Shown piece by piece: positions 46,278 through 50,582 of a DNA stretch of 50,582 nt (position 1 is the stretch's first letter; the number at the start of each line of letters is the position of its first letter). Source of the stretch: a virus. Location: IMG/VR virus record IMGVR_UViG_3300023235_000014. One strand, 5' to 3'. Below the pieces are notes generated by a model that ran no database searches, was not told the DNA's origin, and saw only the letters and a list, made by a program, of their open reading frames with translations. Position numbers and translations under genes: made by a program.

Positions 46278-46981
46278 GTAGACTATTCATTACGCCCCGT
46301 GAGATTCACCTTATCAACGACTGGACCAAGGAGTTCATCAAAGATGTAGTGGGTCAATATATTGTTTATTACCCCATTTCTATTCTTAAGACACGAGTTC
46401 ACCCTGTGTATGATGAAGCGATTCAGAAAATCTTTGATTCCCCAATCAAGATTGATGCTTTGGTAGACCAGCCACAGGAAGGCAACGTTATTGGCAACTT
46501 TTCGGTTGAGTCTTCAACGACTCTTAGCGTTTACATTCAGGCTCGTGACCTAATCGACAAGGAATTCCAACCAGAGCCTGGCGATTTTTTTTCCTATGGT
46601 AGCCAAGTCTTTGAGGTGCTAATAGCAAAAACTGTTGGCGATATTTTTGGACAATCCGAATATGACATTCACTGGCAGCTTGAAGCAAAACTCGCTCGTT
46701 CTGGCCGTTTTGATCTTCCAGACTTCAAAAAACTGCTTGAAGACTCTAAGCATTTTGAAAGTAGTATGGTAAACAAAACGTTCCAGCAACAACGTGGATT
46801 GTCAGAAACCGATCAAGAAGGTGTAACTGGGGATGTCCGCCAGGTTCGTCAGAGGCTAAAGGATGACATGGAGCCAATTGCCTTGAATGAAGGGCCACGA
46901 ACAGTGGGTACAGAAGAAGACGAATCTGATGTATCTGACACCGACGGGAAACAGTCTTCCTCTTCGTTCTACAACGAATGA
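46274..46981 (+). CDS. Hypothetical acidic protein (235 aa)
   Basis: ATGA overlap with the GIY-YIG stop. Confidence 0.5.
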   Translation: MSRLFITPREIHLINDWTKEFIKDVVGQYIVYYPISILKTRVHPVYDEAIQKIFDSPIKIDALVDQPQEGNVIGNFSVESSTTLSVYIQARDLIDKEFQPEPGDFFSYGSQVFEVLIAKTVGDIFGQSEYDIHWQLEAKLARSGRFDLPDFKKLLEDSKHFESSMVNKTFQQQRGLSETDQEGVTGDVRQVRQRLKDDMEPIALNEGPRTVGTEEDESDVSDTDGKQSSSSFYNE

Positions 46982-47044
46982 ATTAGCCTGTTCCTTATAC
47001 TTATGGGCGGAACGAGTCCGAAGTATGGCCAACAAATTTGATTT

Positions 47045-47575
47045 ATGATTGCTACCGTAGCACAAAGAAAAGCGGCCTTGAAAAAGAGAAGAGCTGCTAC
47101 GACACGAAGTCGCAAGCGTGGAAAGTCCAGGTTCAAGACTGGGTCACACGATTCACCAAAATGTAAAAATGGTCCTGCGAAATATCGCTCGGGCTGGGAG
47201 AAGACTGTTTGCGACTTCTTGGATCAGAGCCCCGACGTCCTCTATTACGAATATGAGCCCTTCAAATTGCAGTGGTGCTCTAATATGAAAACAGGAAGAA
47301 TCCGTACCTACATTCCTGACTTTCTCGTAGTATACTGTGACGGAAGAAAGAAGCTTGTTGAGGTTAAAAGCGACCGCTTTAAGAACAGTCGACATGTTCT
47401 CAAAAAAGCTGCTATTGGTAAATCATGGTGCGAAAGAAACAAAGCGACATACGAATTCTGGTGCGACCAGGAGATAAAAACGTTCGCAAAACTGCTAAAG
47501 CCAAAAAAGGTCAAGAAGACCTTGGCGAAAGCCTCGACAAAAATGACGAAGTCAAAGACACCCGTCAAGTCGTAG
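47045..47575 (+). CDS. PD-(D/E)xK nuclease-fold protein (Hjc/TnsA-like) with a Lys-rich C-terminal tail
   Basis: YEYEPF...IPDFLVVYCDGRKKLVEVKSDRF has the E...PD...(E)VK arrangement. Confidence 0.45.
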   Translation: MIATVAQRKAALKKRRAATTRSRKRGKSRFKTGSHDSPKCKNGPAKYRSGWEKTVCDFLDQSPDVLYYEYEPFKLQWCSNMKTGRIRTYIPDFLVVYCDGRKKLVEVKSDRFKNSRHVLKKAAIGKSWCERNKATYEFWCDQEIKTFAKLLKPKKVKKTLAKASTKMTKSKTPVKS

Positions 47576-48150
47576 ACATAGGCCTAGACATCTCAACAAG
47601 TATTGTTGGTCTTACGCTTCTCGATGGGACCACGGGGCAATATGTTTTGATGAAAGCCTTCAAACTTCAGAAGGCTGCCCTCAAAGATGTGTGGGACAAA
47701 GCTTCCTTCATGAAGGTGGCCCTTGGAGATTCAGTTGACACCAAGAAGTACAAAGTCAGACGCATTTTCGTTGAAGAGGCAGCGAAGAAGTTCTCCCCAG
47801 GATTTTCTAGTGCGGGAACCATTTTTGCCCTTGCCAGCTTCAACGGAATCGTTTCCTACATAGCCCACGAGTTATTCGAAAAAAAGCCACAGATGATCAA
47901 TGTTCGTTCGGCTCGCAAGAAGCTCGGTATTAAGATCAATTATAAAGACAAGTCCAAGGATACCAAAACCAAAGTTTTCGATGCTGTGCGAGGCCTCAAC
48001 CCAGATTTTCCCTGGGAACAGCATACTGCAAAGACTGGCAAGAAAAAAGGTCAAACCGTATACGGTAAACAGAACTTTGACATGGCTGACGCCTGGGTTA
48101 TTTGTCGTGGCGGTCAACTAATGCAAGGCAGTACCTCAGGTGGTTATTAA
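47425..48150 (+). CDS. RuvC-like Holliday junction resolvase (RuvC/YqgF fold; Pox_A22/phage RuvC family)
   Basis: VVDIGLDISTSIVGLTLLD (the D-x-G-x4-G motif carrying the first catalytic Asp), FVEEAA (Glu), and DMADAWVI (the C-terminal D-x-x-D pair). The ATG at 47425 gives a 48-aa basic extension that overlaps the upstream gene by 151 nt. Confidence 0.6.
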   Translation: MVRKKQSDIRILVRPGDKNVRKTAKAKKGQEDLGESLDKNDEVKDTRQVVDIGLDISTSIVGLTLLDGTTGQYVLMKAFKLQKAALKDVWDKASFMKVALGDSVDTKKYKVRRIFVEEAAKKFSPGFSSAGTIFALASFNGIVSYIAHELFEKKPQMINVRSARKKLGIKINYKDKSKDTKTKVFDAVRGLNPDFPWEQHTAKTGKKKGQTVYGKQNFDMADAWVICRGGQLMQGSTSGGY

Positions 48151-48530
48151 TGTACAAGCCAGGAGATTACGTGGTTGGGTACCCTGATTTCTATATCAGC
48201 GACAACAAGAAATATAAGTTTGGTGGCGGGAAAATCCAGTACTGTGAGAACAAGTGGTCCATGATTGCCCAAAGGCAGCGGACCAAAGGATACAATATCT
48301 CCTGGCCTTTGGTTGATGTGGCAACTGGTGAGTTAGATGCCAAAGGAGTGAAAATTTATCCAAGCTACATAGGTTACGAAAAGCTCCAGGGAATGATAGT
48401 TGAAGTTGATGAAATGGGTGAGGAAAGGCCACACTGGGATGGAATCGTCCGAGTCCTTACTGGTGAAAAGATTTTATGGTTTTGGCCTAGGAATGTCCGC
48501 CTGGTTAGATACGCAGGAGCAAAGTCATGA
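48150..48530 (+). CDS. Hypothetical protein (start at the TAATG-coupled ATG at 48150, MYKPGDYVVGYPDFY...)
   Basis: The ATG overlaps the TAA of the RuvC-like gene. The N-terminal KPGDYVV resembles the KPGQLVV array family (weakly). Confidence 0.45.
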   Translation: MYKPGDYVVGYPDFYISDNKKYKFGGGKIQYCENKWSMIAQRQRTKGYNISWPLVDVATGELDAKGVKIYPSYIGYEKLQGMIVEVDEMGEERPHWDGIVRVLTGEKILWFWPRNVRLVRYAGAKS

Positions 48531-49177
48531 GTGCTACAGGACGAGGAAAAAAGAAGAGAGACCCAAATGATTTCTACCCCACACCAGGATGGACAGTCAG
48601 GCGCTTTTTAGAAAAAGCAGGAGGCCGTTTGAAGTCTGGTACATGGATTGAGCCATGCGCAGGTGACGGGGCTATTATACGAGCTGCTAGGCCCCTTGTG
48701 CCACATGTTCGCTGGCACGCTGTTGAACTCCAAGGTAGGTTTGAAAAAAAGCTTCAACAGACCCCAGGGGTTGCAAGGGTTGACATCTCTAGTTTTTTAG
48801 ATTGGCAGTACGAGCCCCAAAAGACAAACCCGAGTGCTAGGGCTGCGGTCATCTTGACCAATCCTCCCTACAAGATGGCGCAAGATATGATTATTCATGC
48901 GATGACTCAGGCCGAGCAAGTTTGCATGCTATTGCGCCTGAACTTTCTTGCCTCAGACGTACGATGTACTTGGATGCAAAATAACACTCCAGATATTTAC
49001 GTCATTCCAAATAGGCCATCCTTCAGAGGTAAAGGGTCTGATGCCTGTGAATACGGATGGTTCATCTGGGATGACAAGTCTATTGGGAAAGTAACAATTC
49101 TTAATTCCACCCCGAGGAAAATAAGGTCAGATGAAAAAAAAGCAGTGCAAAAAATGCTTGGCAACGAAGAAACTTGA
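48527..49177 (+). CDS. DNA N6-adenine methyltransferase, gamma-class (NPPY)
   Basis: Motif X DFYPTP, motif I EPCAGDGAI (FxGxG-like), and motif IV ILTNPPYK. Confidence 0.75.
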   Translation: MSATGRGKKKRDPNDFYPTPGWTVRRFLEKAGGRLKSGTWIEPCAGDGAIIRAARPLVPHVRWHAVELQGRFEKKLQQTPGVARVDISSFLDWQYEPQKTNPSARAAVILTNPPYKMAQDMIIHAMTQAEQVCMLLRLNFLASDVRCTWMQNNTPDIYVIPNRPSFRGKGSDACEYGWFIWDDKSIGKVTILNSTPRKIRSDEKKAVQKMLGNEET

Positions 49178-50111
49178 GAAATTTCATAAAGACAAATATT
49201 CAAAAGACGGCCTAACCAACATTTGTAAAGAATGCAGGAATGCTTACAAAAGACAGTACAATAAAGCTAATAAGGAAAAAATTTCGGCATACAATAAACA
49301 GTATGGGCAAGCCAATAAAACTGTCAAAAAAGTCAAAGACCAAAACAGGTACAAGCATACGAGAAACGAGTATCTGAAAAAAGTATCTGAGAACCAAGAG
49401 TTGTACTCTGCACGAAACAAAGCTTCTTACAGAAAGCACATTTACAAACGCCTGTTGGCCTCTGCACGAAAACGTGCAACCAAGCTGAACTTGGAATTCT
49501 CAATTACGATTGCAGATTTAAATTGCTCAGAACACTGTCCGATCCTTGGGGAAGAATTCACCTTCGGTTCCCAGAGAATAAAACCACACTACTCCAGCAG
49601 AACCATTGATAGGTTGAACCCTAATATAGGATACGTTCCTGGTAACGTACTGGTGGTCAGCAGTCTAGCAAATGTCACCAAGAACAACGGCACCATTGAA
49701 GAATTAGAATTATTAACAGGTAATCTGACAAAAATTGAAAGACATGGCAGTCTCTCCTGGGATGTAATTTTCAAAAAAGAGGGTATGACCAGGCACCCTA
49801 ACTCCGAGACTATAGTTTATGGCTTACTTCAAAGCTGCCGACGAAGAGCTAAAATTAGGAATAGGCGCTTCTCTTTACAGAAAACTGATTTACCCATTCC
49901 ACAGTTTTGCCCATTGCTGGGCCTTCCGCTTGAAAAGGGAAAGGGCAGGGTTACCACCTCGTCACCTACAATCGACAGAAAAAATAACCTTCTTGGCTAT
50001 ACTCCAAAGAATACAATCATTTGTTCCCACAAAGCAAACAGAATGAAGAATCAGTGTTCTGTAGAACAACTCAAAAAGATTGTCAAAGCTTATAAGTCGT
50101 TAATCCAGTAA
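49131..50111 (+). CDS. Zinc-ribbon protein with two tandem degenerate EndoVII/HNH-like modules (catalytic His and Cys replaced)
   Basis: N-terminal CKKC...17 aa...CKEC ribbon. Repeat 1: FSITIADLNCSEHCPILG...SRTIDRLNPNIGYVPGNVLVVSSLAN. Repeat 2: FSLQKTDLPIPQFCPLLG...SPTIDRKNNLLGYTPKNTIICSHKAN. Pattern resembles C-x-x-CG...DHDH..G..RGLLC..CN of Endonuclease VII but with DR/N in place of DHDH. Confidence 0.5.
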   Translation: MKKKQCKKCLATKKLEKFHKDKYSKDGLTNICKECRNAYKRQYNKANKEKISAYNKQYGQANKTVKKVKDQNRYKHTRNEYLKKVSENQELYSARNKASYRKHIYKRLLASARKRATKLNLEFSITIADLNCSEHCPILGEEFTFGSQRIKPHYSSRTIDRLNPNIGYVPGNVLVVSSLANVTKNNGTIEELELLTGNLTKIERHGSLSWDVIFKKEGMTRHPNSETIVYGLLQSCRRRAKIRNRRFSLQKTDLPIPQFCPLLGLPLEKGKGRVTTSSPTIDRKNNLLGYTPKNTIICSHKANRMKNQCSVEQLKKIVKAYKSLIQ

Positions 50112-50247
50112 AATCGTCTGGATGTTATCGACTACGGACTCTCAAACATGATTGCTGACGAGCATTACGGAGTGTGGTCATAACTTTCTTAGCCACGGAT
50201 AATCCGATATAGTTTTAGACTCGGCTGAGGGCTCTATACTTATATTC

Positions 50248-50582
50248 ATGGCTCGCAATGAAACTCGTCAGACTATCCATAGAGATCCGAGAAACCCAGA
50301 GGCCCATGTCAACTCTGGGTATGAAGGAGATTCTACGTCTGACGACTTTCTTATTCCGCCATGTGGAATTGAAGATTCGGACATGGCTCTCTTTCGCCTA
50401 TTTGACAGGGACATTGGGTTTACTGTTCGTCTCGTAGAGGCTGGGAACAAACAGCTACAGGTCAAAAAGCCTTTTGTGATATTCGCCACTGGTGAGCGCT
50501 TTGCTTTGGCCAAGAGGCTACGCCCTCCGAGGGACAGGAACAACACATTGATGCTTCCTGCTATCTCCATTAGGAGAACATC
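50248..50582 (+). CDS. Partial ORF running off the window end (MARNETRQTIHRDPRNPEAHV...)
   Basis: ATG at 50248 with the frame open to the end of the window. Same orientation as its neighbours. The antisense track ORF 50268..50570 is rejected. Confidence 0.35.
   Translation, partial: MARNETRQTIHRDPRNPEAHVNSGYEGDSTSDDFLIPPCGIEDSDMALFRLFDRDIGFTVRLVEAGNKQLQVKKPFVIFATGERFALAKRLRPPRDRNNTLMLPAISIRRT

Noticed and set aside
50268-50570. 100-aa minus-strand ORF at the window end
   Set aside because: It is antisense to a plus-strand ORF that starts at the ATG at 50248, runs open to the window edge, and matches the orientation of all neighbouring genes.
1-50582. CRISPR array, integrase/att sites or transposase indicating a prophage or mobile island
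   Set aside because: There is no array of short regularly spaced direct repeats. There is no recombinase or transposase ORF. The only direct repeats are the 45-nt endonuclease-associated duplication and the diverged coding modules.

Overview
This 50.6-kb window reads as a segment of a large virulent dsDNA bacteriophage genome. The signals are prokaryotic: Shine-Dalgarno sites, TAATG/ATGA translationally coupled junctions, a lipoprotein lipobox, a T4-gp61/DnaG-type primase and a tRNA. There is no integrase, transposase, CRISPR array or att-like structure.

Bases 1 to about 17200 are transcribed leftward (minus strand). This part carries a T4-like nucleic-acid metabolism module: Rnl1-like RNA ligase, a TRASH-like plus CCHC zinc-knuckle protein, a GNAT, the UvdE UV-damage endonuclease, tRNA-Lys(UUU), an ATP-dependent DNA ligase with an N-terminal SWIM finger, a tandem array of six small paralogous genes, a membrane HExxH protein, a single-chain Mre11-Rad50 (gp47-gp46 fusion) and a gp61-like primase. 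Five minus-strand intergenic regions share a promoter-like element GGGTTCAnT-N17-TATAAT, which is often part of a hairpin.

From 17400 onward almost everything is on the plus strand. A run of very large ORFs (813, 1364, 602, 237, 391 and 782 aa) looks virion or fibre-like. It is followed by a fibre-like module with internal repeats, a HAD phosphatase island on the minus strand, several unknown proteins, an Hjc-like PD-(D/E)xK nuclease overlapping a RuvC-like resolvase, a gamma-class N6-adenine methyltransferase, and a protein with tandem degenerate EndoVII/HNH-like repeats.

Freestanding homing endonuclease genes are scattered throughout: three HNH (14955..15644, 28248..28568, 31016..31795) and one GIY-YIG (about 45648..46277). 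There are also decayed copies (an HNH 3' fragment at 26530..26783 and a GIY-YIG-type DNA-binding repeat fragment at 41905..42099) and a dispersed diverged small-ORF repeat (28036..28231 and 40245..40451).

The most unusual loci are:
- an HNH homing endonuclease gene that borrows a duplicated copy of the mre11-rad50 start (14920..15647);
- a metzincin lipoprotein divergent from an 863-aa multi-domain protein with a diphtheria-toxin/Tpt1-like YHGT motif, a GHSRG esterase motif and a HicA-like domain (32642..35919);
- the six-gene paralog array (8331..10510);
- a PD-(D/E)xK nuclease and RuvC-like resolvase pair that overlap by 151 nt and contain an in-frame A_AAA_AAG slippery heptamer (47045..48150).
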